64,000 nt of DNA from Candidatus Eiseniibacteriota bacterium. Lineage in GTDB: Bacteria > Eisenbacteria > RBG-16-71-46 > SZUA-252. Below the pieces are notes generated by a model. The model was not told the DNA's origin, did not search any database, and saw only the letters and a list, made by a program, of their open reading frames with translations. The translations under genes and the position numbers were made by a program. The DNA lies in contig OY969801.1 of the NCBI GenBank assembly GCA_963703225.1, positions 2,720,001-2,784,000 on the forward strand. The letters run 5' to 3'. Of this stretch, positions 49,807 through 60,500 are shown piece by piece (position 1 is the stretch's first letter; every line of letters starts with the position of its first letter).

Positions 49807-49908
49807 GGGCCTGGCCGCGGGGCGGCCCACTCTGTTCGAAATCCATCGTTCCACGCATCGCGCCGACTGCTGACAAGGGGCTCCCAGGCGACTAGACTGG
49901 GAGGCCGG

Positions 49909-50808
49909 ATGGCTTCCCCGGCCGAAATCGACTTCACCTACACGCTCACGGACAAGCTCTTCCGGCTCAGCATCGGGGAGCTCGGTGACTTCAGCGGCGC
50001 GAAGTACGATGGAGATGCTTCGCTCTCGCTCGAGCAAGCCCAAGCCCGAAAACATGCGTTCGTCGTGGAACAGCTCCGCGTCCCGGGCGGAGGTCGGGTC
50101 CTGGACCTCGGATGCGGCTGGGGCGGGATGCTGGCGTACTTGCGCGACCATGGGATACGGGGCGTCGGGGTCACCCTCTCCAGGGGCCAGCTTCAGGCAT
50201 GCCGCCTTCACGGACTCGACGCGCATCTGCTCGATGCACGCACCGTCACCCCCGAAATGTTCGGGAGCTTCGATAGGGTCGTGAGCCTCGGCGCCTTCGA
50301 ACACTTCTGCTCTATGGATCAGTATCGTGCAGGTGAGCAGGACCGGATCTACTCCGACCTCTTCCGAAACATCGCGGCGCTGATCCCGGCGGACGGCCGC
50401 TTCTTCCTGCAGACCATGGTGTTCGGAAGGAACATGATCCCCTTCGAGGAAATCGACGTCCACGCCCCACGGCTCTCCGATGCGCATGTGCTCGGGCTGC
50501 TCGAGAAAACCTTCCCCGGCTCATGCCTTCCCCAAGGGGCGGAGCAGGTGGAGCGATGCGCCGAACCTCACTTCCGTCTCGTGGCGAAAGAGAATGGCAG
50601 ACGCGACTACATCGAAACGATCAAGGAATGGAGGGGCCGCTTTGGGAGGTGGGACTGGCGAAAGGCGCTCCTCTACGTGACGCTGATTCCCTGGTACGTC
50701 CGGAGCGCCGACTTCCGGTACGCGTTCGTTTCCGGAATCAGCGCCAACACGATCGCCTTCGAGCGGGAGCTCTTGGATCACTTCCGATTCGTGTTCGAGC
50801 GGCGTTAG
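49909..50808 (+). CDS. Cyclopropane-fatty-acyl-phospholipid synthase family methyltransferase
   Basis: SLEQAQARK, VLDLGCGWG, GVTLSRGQ, FDRVVSLGAFEH, FPGS.LP. Confidence 0.88.
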   Translation: MASPAEIDFTYTLTDKLFRLSIGELGDFSGAKYDGDASLSLEQAQARKHAFVVEQLRVPGGGRVLDLGCGWGGMLAYLRDHGIRGVGVTLSRGQLQACRLHGLDAHLLDARTVTPEMFGSFDRVVSLGAFEHFCSMDQYRAGEQDRIYSDLFRNIAALIPADGRFFLQTMVFGRNMIPFEEIDVHAPRLSDAHVLGLLEKTFPGSCLPQGAEQVERCAEPHFRLVAKENGRRDYIETIKEWRGRFGRWDWRKALLYVTLIPWYVRSADFRYAFVSGISANTIAFERELLDHFRFVFERR

Positions 50809-50849
50809 GGCGACGCGTCTAGGACCGCTCTGCTCGGCGACGAGGCGCC

Positions 50850-52448
50850 CTACCTTGCTACGATGACCTTCCTCATTTGGACGTGCCCGCCGGACTCGAG
50901 CTTTGCGAAGTAGGCTCCGGAGGCAACCGGCTGCCCCGACCCGTCCCTGCCGTCCCACGCCACCGAGCGCCGTCCCGGCGGCAATGTTTGGTCGATTACG
51001 GTCGCCACCTTCCGGCCCGCGACGGTGTAGATGGTCAGCTTGACCTGATTGGCGCTGGGCACCGCGAAGCTCAAATTCGCCCGCGCTCCGAAGGGATTGG
51101 GGTAGACGGGATCGAGCTTCAGGGCCAGAGGCGCATTCGCCTCCGTGGGCACGCTCACCCAGACCTCGCTCGAGTACCCCTCGTCCCCCGCCGTCTGAAC
51201 CAGGAGTTTGTATGCGTACCGTTCGCCGGGGGTCGCGGTGCGATCCTCGTAAACCACCCGGGTGCCCGACTCCACAGAGCCGGGCCCTAACTCGACCCAA
51301 TCGCTCTCGGCCGTGCGTCGGAGCACCGTGCAGGCAGCACCTCGAGTATCCGGAACCACCCACCGCAGTCGTACCACGCCAGCATCAGCCTTGGCCTCCT
51401 CCAAGGCGATGGCGATTGCCGTTGTGCCGCCTATCGGGCGGCGCCAAAGCCCATCCGCCCTTGCGGCGTAGAGGCTGTCTCCGCTGATCGCCAGCTTCTG
51501 GACGAATACACCCGGCTGGTTCTCAGCGTTTTGCCACGTCGCACCATCGTCGTCGCTCTCCTCTATCACGGCGGCCGGGGGTGCCGGTATATCGAACGCC
51601 GCGAACAGGCGTCCCCCTTGCGTGGCGAACGCGTCCCAACTCAGTACGCCGAGGCCCAGCCCGACCGGCGTCCACGGCTCCTGGCCCGCCACGCTGAGGA
51701 ACACTCCCAGCTCGGCTCCGACCACCCAGCCAGTCCCCGTCCACACGGCGGATTTGGCCTGCACCCCGGCATGGATCCCCACATTGTCGAGATTGGATAC
51801 CGTCCAGTCCAGGTCGCCGGGATCGCTGAAAAACACCTGTCCGTTGCTGCCCCCCGAGGCGAGCAGCCGACTCCCCCCGAGTGCCAGACTATTCACGTTC
51901 GATGCTTGGTTGGCCTCCAATTCGCTGCCGAATGGCTGCCACGCGGTACCCGCGAAGCTCCGTACATAGACGCCCGCGCCCGCGGTGGCCGCGTAGAGGC
52001 TTTCGCCACGCGCCTGAAGGTCGGTGACATCGAGCTGTGAATTCAAAATGCCGCCGACCAATCCGTCGTTGAACGGGCTCCAAGTCGTGCCCAGATTATC
52101 GCTCACGTGGACGCCTTGGCGAAACGTGCCGGCGTAGAGACGACCGTCTCGAATCAAGACGGCTTGAATCGCAGTGACACCCGACACCGGTTTGGTCGAG
52201 CGCAGCCACGTCACGCCCGCGTCCGTGCTGACATAGACCGCTGTATCGGCGCCCGCCGCGATCGTGTCGCCGTTCGCCGAGACCGAGAAGACTCTGGTCG
52301 TCGGGACGTCGGCAACTTGGGTCCACTGAGCCGATGCAGGCACGGCAATGGCTAAGGCGCCAAGAATCATGAAGCCGAGCGTATGGGAGCGAAAACCGTC
52401 AGACGTGAATCTCATCGAACCCAATCTGGCTAGAGGATCCATTGACAT
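50850..52448 (-). CDS. Secreted BNR/beta-propeller protein with a C-terminal FlgD-Ig/T9SS-like domain
   Basis: Asp-box repeats STDAGVTW, SDNLGTTW, SDDDGATW; YPNPF...WDGRDGSGQPVASGAYF. Confidence 0.87.
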   Translation of the reverse strand: MSMDPLARLGSMRFTSDGFRSHTLGFMILGALAIAVPASAQWTQVADVPTTRVFSVSANGDTIAAGADTAVYVSTDAGVTWLRSTKPVSGVTAIQAVLIRDGRLYAGTFRQGVHVSDNLGTTWSPFNDGLVGGILNSQLDVTDLQARGESLYAATAGAGVYVRSFAGTAWQPFGSELEANQASNVNSLALGGSRLLASGGSNGQVFFSDPGDLDWTVSNLDNVGIHAGVQAKSAVWTGTGWVVGAELGVFLSVAGQEPWTPVGLGLGVLSWDAFATQGGRLFAAFDIPAPPAAVIEESDDDGATWQNAENQPGVFVQKLAISGDSLYAARADGLWRRPIGGTTAIAIALEEAKADAGVVRLRWVVPDTRGAACTVLRRTAESDWVELGPGSVESGTRVVYEDRTATPGERYAYKLLVQTAGDEGYSSEVWVSVPTEANAPLALKLDPVYPNPFGARANLSFAVPSANQVKLTIYTVAGRKVATVIDQTLPPGRRSVAWDGRDGSGQPVASGAYFAKLESGGHVQMRKVIVAR

Positions 52449-52532
52449 CTCCTTCGTGGGTGAACCACCTGGCGCAAGTCCTCGGACCTTGGCCCTAGTG
52501 AGCTCGGAATTCGCCTCAACGTACCGCTTCTG

Positions 52533-53759
52533 CTAGTAACCAAGCGAGATCCCAATACCGCCTCCTAGGATCGGCTGCGTCCCAATGAAGTCCAGCGTCA
52601 GAGACTTCTGGGACTCCGAATTCCAGCTGACCGCGAAGGCGCGGACGAGGAGTCCGATCCGAAGATCGGAGCTAAGGCGAGTGCCGATATCCATATTGAA
52701 CTGGCCTCCGATCCGCCACTCTTCCAGCGACTCCTTTCTATGGCCCGAGCCAACGACCACACCGCCCTGCAATGAGTCGTAGTCCATCTCTGCACTCTCG
52801 CGAACCCAACAGACCGTGGGGCCGATTCCGAGTTGTAAGTTCGATCTGGTGCCAAGCCGTAAATCCAGCCCCGCGCTCAATCCCAAATCCACAATCTGCA
52901 GGAGTGAACTCTGCGGATAGTCGATCTGGGTAGGTGCCACATAATTGAACTTGGGCTGTCCCTTCGCCCACGAATACCCCGCGCTCAAGACAGCTCGCCC
53001 CGCACGCCCGACCCGCCTGAATCCTTGCAGTGCGGCGCGCCATCCTCCGCCGTCGTACTCATCGCTCACATCGTCCGGACCGATATAGAACCAGGAAAAG
53101 TCTCCGACGAGTCCGGAGAGAGGCTGTGACGGCGGCGTGGACGGAGGCCGCGCCATCAGATCCTCGGCCCGCATCCAACCCATCGGGGCTGGTGAACCGG
53201 CGACGCTCACGTGCAACCAAAGCTCGTCTTGAAGAACCTGCGAGTCATGCACCACGACGTCCGAACCCTCCGGCAGATCGGTAACCAACTCGGCGCCGGC
53301 TTCCTCGCCGCCCGGCTCGCTCCATATCAGGGCCCCATATCCCGACGAATCCGCGGGCATCACGATAGCGCGGGACCCCTCTGCCCATCGCACCTCGGTC
53401 GGCCCCAGCATCGAGGGTTCGGATGTGGCATTGTCTTCGACGGCGTCACCGATACAGCATCCGGCCTCGCCGCCCTGGCTGCTGTCGTCGTCCTTGTCGT
53501 CCTTGTCGTCTTTGTCCTTCTTTTGATCTCCCGTCCGTCCTTTTTCGCCGGAGGGTGTTTTGGGAACGCGCTGCTTCTCGTCATCCGAGGGAGGTTTGGG
53601 GGAGTCCGATGCCGAGACCATCTCCGTCCACCGATCCACGAGGGCGTAGCTTCGCTCAGGCGCCGCGGATGCGGGGGGAGGCATCACTGGTGAAGGAAGC
53701 GCGAGAGCCAGGACGACTGCCGCATCGAGGGAGGCGAGCGCGAGCCGTGCTCGGGGCAT
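52533..53759 (-). CDS. Outer-membrane beta-barrel protein with an acidic linker and an SH3-like domain
   Basis: Signal peptide; KDKDDKDDKDDD linker; WLHVSV...GWMRAEDL (SH3b-like); amphipathic strands ending GISLGY. Confidence 0.72.
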   Translation of the reverse strand: MPRARLALASLDAAVVLALALPSPVMPPPASAAPERSYALVDRWTEMVSASDSPKPPSDDEKQRVPKTPSGEKGRTGDQKKDKDDKDDKDDDSSQGGEAGCCIGDAVEDNATSEPSMLGPTEVRWAEGSRAIVMPADSSGYGALIWSEPGGEEAGAELVTDLPEGSDVVVHDSQVLQDELWLHVSVAGSPAPMGWMRAEDLMARPPSTPPSQPLSGLVGDFSWFYIGPDDVSDEYDGGGWRAALQGFRRVGRAGRAVLSAGYSWAKGQPKFNYVAPTQIDYPQSSLLQIVDLGLSAGLDLRLGTRSNLQLGIGPTVCWVRESAEMDYDSLQGGVVVGSGHRKESLEEWRIGGQFNMDIGTRLSSDLRIGLLVRAFAVSWNSESQKSLTLDFIGTQPILGGGIGISLGY

Positions 53760-53932
53760 GATTACCTCTGAAGGTCTGGCTACGGTCGTCCTGTGGGGAG
53801 ATATGAAAGGCTACTCCCCGGCGGACAGTCGCGCCAGCATGGGAATCCACTCCTCGAGGTGGGACCTTCATCCAGACCGAGGGTCAGGGTGGGATTGTGT
53901 CGCCTCGACCCGCCGCCCTATGATCAACTCCG

Positions 53933-54460
53933 ATGAAGCAACGCAGAGCCGACACCCACCACATCCGTGCGATCGATCCGCAGTCTCGCACTGAAGTCGA
54001 GCTGGTCGCCTCTCGCATGCGCCAGACGCTGGTCGAGGTGCTGGGCGAAGAGGTCGGCACCAATATGTACACCATGGAGTGGCTGATCCAGCGCGTGTTG
54101 TGGCATCTGGATCCGAATCAGTGCGTTGGTCAGGTTCTCCTGTCGGAGGATGGCGAAGGGCGCGTCACCGGTCACACCATCGTGCGAATCGAGCGCGACC
54201 AGGATGGGAAGCTGATCGGACTGTTCTCCACCTTCTTTGTGGAGCCGGGATCGAGGAATCGGGCCATCGCCACGAGCTTCGTCGCTCATGGCGAGAGGTG
54301 GATGGTGGATCATGGAATGCATACCGCGAGGACCTATACGGCCGACTCCAACGATAGGCTCAAGAACCTCTTGATCCGCCTGGGCTATCAAGCGGTCCCC
54401 GTACAGAACCAGATGATTGCCTTGTCGAAGTCCTTGAAGGACGCGGACCGCGCGCGATGA
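53933..54460 (+). CDS. GNAT-family N-acetyltransferase
   Basis: FFVEPGSRNRAIAT acetyl-CoA motif; N.....L..RLGY. Confidence 0.85.
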   Translation: MKQRRADTHHIRAIDPQSRTEVELVASRMRQTLVEVLGEEVGTNMYTMEWLIQRVLWHLDPNQCVGQVLLSEDGEGRVTGHTIVRIERDQDGKLIGLFSTFFVEPGSRNRAIATSFVAHGERWMVDHGMHTARTYTADSNDRLKNLLIRLGYQAVPVQNQMIALSKSLKDADRAR

Positions 54461-54512
54461 GTCCGGCTACTCGCCCTGTCCACCGCTCATTCCACCACGC
54501 CGGGCAGATCGC

Positions 54513-57500
54513 CTACTTCAGGACCGTAATGGCACCCTTCGAGATGCCGTTCACGCTCCGCACGCGATAGTAGTAGACGCCCGATGCCAGGCGGCTTCCG
54601 TGGTCGTTTCTCCCGTCCAGCGTCACCTGGTGGGCGCCCGGCATGAAGTACTGCTGTGGCAGCACGTCCCGCACAAGGCGCCCATGCAGGTCGAACAGCT
54701 GCGCGTTCGCCGTCCCCGGTTCCGTGGTCACGAACGTGAGCGTTGCCTGTGGATTGAGCGGATTGGGAGACACCTGGGCCAATGATCCTGTACCCAGGAA
54801 GCCAAATTTGATTACATGGACCATCGTCGAGCCTCGGAACGACCCGCCCGACATGAGGTCCCCTTCCAGCGTCACCTCTACAGTGCTGGTACCGTTCGGA
54901 AGACCGGCGAAAAGGGTGCGGAGGTCATTTCGCATGAAGCAAATCCTGGCTTCAGGGACCCCGTTGTGATTTTGATCGTGGTCCACGATGCTCTGGCACT
55001 TTGTCGGGATCCACGCTCCGTTGCAGCTCATCGTGACCGAAGAGAGGACGACGTCGTTGATCCCAAAGGAGCCGTCCATTGGCTCGACTCGCACCCAAGT
55101 GGGCAGGATTTGTGGGAAGATATAGTTAAGGTTCAAGCCAAAGAAGACGTTCGCCGCGAAGGTGCCCTGCACGGTCGCCGTCGTCGTCGCGATGTTGCTC
55201 ACCATTCCATCCGAAACGGTCAATGCGACAGTGAACGGACTTTCCGACATCGATGTGTATGTATGCGACGGCGCCGGACTGCTCCCTGAACCGCCGTCTC
55301 CAAAGTCCCAGGTGAATTCCAACTCCTCACCGTCCGGGTCCGATGACCCGGATCCGTCGAATGCGATCGGCGCGCCGGTCATCCCGGTGTAGGGGCCGCC
55401 CGCGTTGGCAATGGGTGCACGGTTCTGGTTCGATACCGTGATCGCGGTTGTGGCGGAGCCCGACAGAACGTTGGCGGCCGTAAAGGTCACGTTGTAATCG
55501 CCCGCATTCGCGAAGCCCGGCATCCATGCAAAGGTTCCGCTCGGCAGCCCGGGATCGGGATCGAACGTGGCCCCCACAGGGAGTTCTCTCACGTCCAATG
55601 TGGCTATGGGATCTCCGTCGGGGTCCGCTGCGGCGACGATGAACGTCAGCAGCGTCCCCTCCGCGACCGTCTGTGTCGCCGGCGCCGTCACGATCGGCGG
55701 CCGATCCGTGTCGGCGATCGAAATGTGGACGATCACCGATCCTTCGAGGGGATCCAGAGGCCCGCTCGCGGGGTTTGAGTGTCGGGCGCTCGTGGCCAAG
55801 ATGGTCACCGGGTAGCTTCCAGCCTGGTCGAAGTCTGGCGTCCATTGAAGTTCACCCGCAGTGTTGGTTGTGTTCGCTACGAAGGTCGCGCCGGCGGGCA
55901 GGGGTGTCGCGGCCAGGGAGTACATGACGTCGCCGTCGGGGTCGGAAGCAGTCACACCCACGGTCAGCGGTGCGCCCTCCGCTCCGGTCGCCGTGGCGGG
56001 CGCCGTCACGATGGGCGGATCGTCGTGGTTGTCCGGAGCCCCCGCCACGTTCAGGTGTGCGGGCACCAACACCTCGGCCTCGTCCGGATCATTGCTCGCC
56101 ACCCGAATCGACGCGTTATACCCGCCGCCCAAGAGCCCACTCGCGTCGAACGTCACCTGGACATCGACGCTCCCGCCTGGGCGCACGGTCCCCAAGCCCG
56201 GTACGACCGACAACCAGCGCGTCGCGCCAAACGACAGCGTGTTTCGCACGATTTGCTTGAGAATCGGGAAGTCGGCGGGATTCGCCCAAAGGAAGTCGTC
56301 GGCCCCATTGATATAGTAGACCAGGGTGCCGGTGCCGAGCGGCTTCAGCACCAGTGCCGGGTAGTTGTCACCGTTCGTTACAGCGACCCGCGCAGCCGAG
56401 TCGTTGATGCGTAGCATGTACTGCGACGTATAGGGGTTGAGGAACGTGTAGCTGGGCGGCAGCCCGGTCGCGAGCGGGTCCAGTGGATCCACGACCCTGA
56501 GGTGCGGCGCGGCGGACGGCCTCCAATCGGACGCCCCGGCATGCGACAGCAGGTAGGCTTGGACCCCGTTGTAATACGAAGGGATGCTGCTCCCGCCGAG
56601 TATGAAAAGTAGCCTGCCAGCGGCGGCCGCGTTCGCGAGTGCCTGACAGCTGGCCTCGCTGATCGCGCCTCCATCGATCGCCACCACAATGGTGTGGTAG
56701 GGGGTGAAATTGATGCCGACGTAGTCTGATGTGAACATTAGGTCATAGCCATGGCCAAGCTCCCGCAGCGCCCGCAGGAGCCCGTTGTCGATCGGCGCAT
56801 TGCTAACCACGAGGATGCCGTTGCCGGCCACAATCGAGTTCTGCGACGCCGGTAGTGCGCCCGCAGAGGTCCCGGCGGCGGCCCCCACGCGGACCGCGGC
56901 CCCAGTCGAAGCCACTGCAAGCGGAGCGGGATTCTGGCTTGGCGTCCGGAACGACACCGGGGCGGTCGGCGCGGGTGCAATCGCCTGCGCGTCGACCGTG
57001 AATGTGAGGTCCGAACCGCCGGTGTTTCGAATCGTGACCAAGCGGGACGTGGTCTCTCCGGCCCGAAGGTCGGCGCTCAGCGATCCGGGCTCCACCCCGA
57101 TGTCCGGTGCGATGAGACCTTCGCCGTGCAGCGTCACCGTCACCACGCCCTCGTCCGGGTCGTCGCTGGCGATCGTGAGCAACCCATCGATCCTTGCCAC
57201 GCTCAGCGGCGAGAACGTCACGATCACATCGTGCGAGTCTCCCGGCCCGAGGCTGAATCCGTCCGGAGTCACACTGAAGTCACCCGGCGAAGCCGCCACG
57301 CCCGAGACCGTCAGCAGATCCGTGCCGTCGTTCCTGACCACCACCGTCGCCGAGCGCGAAACTCCCACGAACACCGTCCCATAGTCCATCGCCACGCTCG
57401 GAAGGGTGATGTCCGGCACCCCCACCACGTCCAAGTGCGCGGGCACCAACGCCTCGGTTTCGTCCGGGTCATTGCTCGCCACTCGAATCGATGCGTCATA

Positions 57501-60500
57501 CCCACCGCCCAAGAGTCCGCTCGCGTCGAACGTCACCTGGACATTGATGCTGCAGCCCGGAGGCACCGTCCCGATACCCGGCACGACCGACAACCAGCGC
57601 ACGGGGCGGGACAACATCGTGTTCCGCACGATCTGCTTGAAGATCGCGAAGTCGGCTGGGTTCTTCCAAAAGGAGTCGTCGGGCGGGTTGACATAGTAGA
57701 CCAGCGTGCCGCCGCCGAGAGACTTCTGCACCAGCGCTGGGTGGTTGTCGCCATTCCTTACAGCCACTCGCGCGGCTGAGTCACTGATGCGCAGCATGTA
57801 ATACGACGTTTGGTAGTCGGTAAATCTGCAGCTGGGCGGCAACCCAGTCGCGAGCGGGTCCAATGGATTCGCGACCGTGAGGTGCGGCGAGACGGATGTC
57901 ACCCAGCCAACCTCGCCGGTGTGCGACAGCAGGTAGGACTGGACCCCGCCGTAGTACGGGGGATAGTTGGTCCCGCCGATCATGAAAACCAGCCGGCCAC
58001 CGGCGGCCGCGCTTGCGAGTGCCTGGCAGCTGGCCCCGCTGATCGGGCCTCCATCCATCGCCGCCACGATGGTGTGATAGGGCGTGAAGTCGATGCCGGT
58101 GAAGTCCTCTGTGTATCTGACTTCGTAGCCATAGCCGAGTTCCAGCAAAGCGCGCAGCAGCCCGTTGGTGATCGGCGCATTGGCGAGCACCAGGACGTTG
58201 CTCCCGGGTACGACCGAGTTCTGCTGTGCCAGCAGCGGGCCGGACGTCGTTCGGACACCGGGCACGGCGGTGCCCGTACGGCTCGTGATCGTGCCTGTGG
58301 CGGCCGCCGAAGCAATCAAGACGGGATTCTGGCCTGGCGTCCTGGGCGACACGGCGGGGGCCGCCGCGGGTGCGGCCGCCTGCGGGGCGACCGTGACCGT
58401 GAGGTTCGAGCTGCCGGTGTTTCGAATCGTGACCCAGCGAGATGTGGTCTCCCCGGTCAGGAGGTCCGCGCTCAGCGCCGCGGGCGTAACGTCGATGTCC
58501 GGTGCGAGGAGCCCTTCACCACGCAGCGGCACGATCACCACTCCCTCGTCCGGGTCATTGCTGGTGATCGTTAGTGTTGAGCCCTGGACACCCACCGTGA
58601 CTGGGGAGAACGTCACGGTAACGTCCCGGCTCTCGAGCGGTTCCAGCGTGAATGCGGCTGGATCGACAGCATAACCGGGCAGGCCCGGTGCGATGCTCGT
58701 CACCTCGAGCCGGCTCGTCCCGAGATTCGTGACCTGAAGCGTGCGCGTCACGACTTGGCCCAGGAAGGGCGAGCCGAAATCCAGGCTGTCGGGATTCACG
58801 GCCAAGTCGGGGGCCCCCGTGAGGTGCAGAGACGCCGGCAACACGATCTCTGCCTCGTCCGGATCATTGCTGTCCACCACGACCTGCGCTGTGTAGTCCC
58901 CGGTCCGCAGGGCCCCAGGATCGAACGTGACGGCGAGATCAGCCGAACCTCCAGGAGGTACGACTCCGCTATCAGGGCTCACCGAGACCCAGGTCGCGAC
59001 GATGGCCCGGTCCATCACCTGCTGCAGCTCCGCCAGAGTCGACCCCACTCCGTAGGCCAGGGTCACGGGACGCCGCTCCGACGCCGCCAGCGTCCCCAGC
59101 TCGAAGTGCAGCACCTCCAATCCGTCAAAATCCAGCACCGGCCCAGACGGGACATCGACCTTTGTCGCCCGGGACTCAAAGTCGTTCCACCCGTTGATGT
59201 CCATGAGGTCCGGCGCCTGCGCCGCCGCGACCGCCACGTAATGCTGATCCCACGCAACCCCCATGTTGCGAGACCGGTCGTAGTCCCACGCATCATCGAG
59301 GAAGTCTCCGTCCACATCCCAGTCGACGTCCTCCTTCAGGACCACTTGAGTTAGCGGGCCCGCTGAGAGGTTCTGCAGCTCGGTGGTCACCTCAACGTAC
59401 TGTTCCGCTCGCAGGAACGTGAAGACGCGGCGAATGCCAAGCACCCCGTCGGATGTCCGCGTTACCACCTCAACCAAGACCCTCGACGGTGTGTTCTCCA
59501 ACTCCCGATACGACACCGGATCGATTCCAGACCGGATGAAGTTCACCGAGTAGCACACGTGATCGACGTCGCCGGACACGTACGCGAGGGTGTATCCGGT
59601 CAAGACCGTTCCAACGGCCAGGTGCTCGGTTCCTACTGGGGACTGGAAGGGCGTGATCTCCCCGAACTGGGTGATCCCGAATCGCAGGGATGTGCCCCCG
59701 TACACAGCCTGGACGGACGGAAGACCCACGTCGGGGCCCGTCTGGTTCAACGTCGAGCCACGCAGCGAGCTTGGTATTGAAACCGGGCTCCCTAGCGCAC
59801 CGGCCACCGCGCCCCGGGTCTTGCGAACCCCGAAGGTGAGGTCGCTTCCACCGGTGTTGCGCACCGTCATGACCTTCGTCGCGATCTCACCCGTCGTCAA
59901 CGACTCCGCGAACATCGACGGCTCCACCCCGATGTCCGGCGCGATGAGGCATTCACCATGCAGCGCCACCGTCACCACGCCCTCGTCCGGGTCATCGCTG
60001 GCCATCGTGAGCGATCCATCGATCGTCGCCACGCTCGCCGGCGAGAACGTCACGATCACATCGTGCGAGTCTCCCGGCGCGAGGCTAAATCCATCGGGGG
60101 CAACGGCGAAGGCACCCGGCGACACGATCACCCCCGTGACCGTCAGCAGATCCGCGCCCGCATTCGTGACCGTAATCGCCCGCGAGCGCGAAAACCCCAA
60201 GAACACCGTCCCGTATTCCACTGCCACGCTCGAAAGGGCGATGTCCGGCGCTCCGGTCACGTCCAGGCGCACGCGCACCGGCACCGCGGTTTCGTCCGGA
60301 TCATTGCTCAACACCCAGATCGAAGCGTCATATCCGCCGCCGAAGAGCCCGCTGGCGTCAAAGGTCACCTGAACATCGACCCTGCCGCCCGGAGGCAACG
60401 TCCCCGTCCTCGGCTCGATTGACAACCATTGGCCCCCACCGGCCGTCGTGATCTGGAGCGAAAAATCGAGGGTCCCCGCCGAAGGGTTTGTCAGCGTGAG

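Noticed and set aside
53484..53518. 9-bp repeats (GTCCTTGTC)
   Set aside because: Encode the KDD acidic linker of the barrel protein
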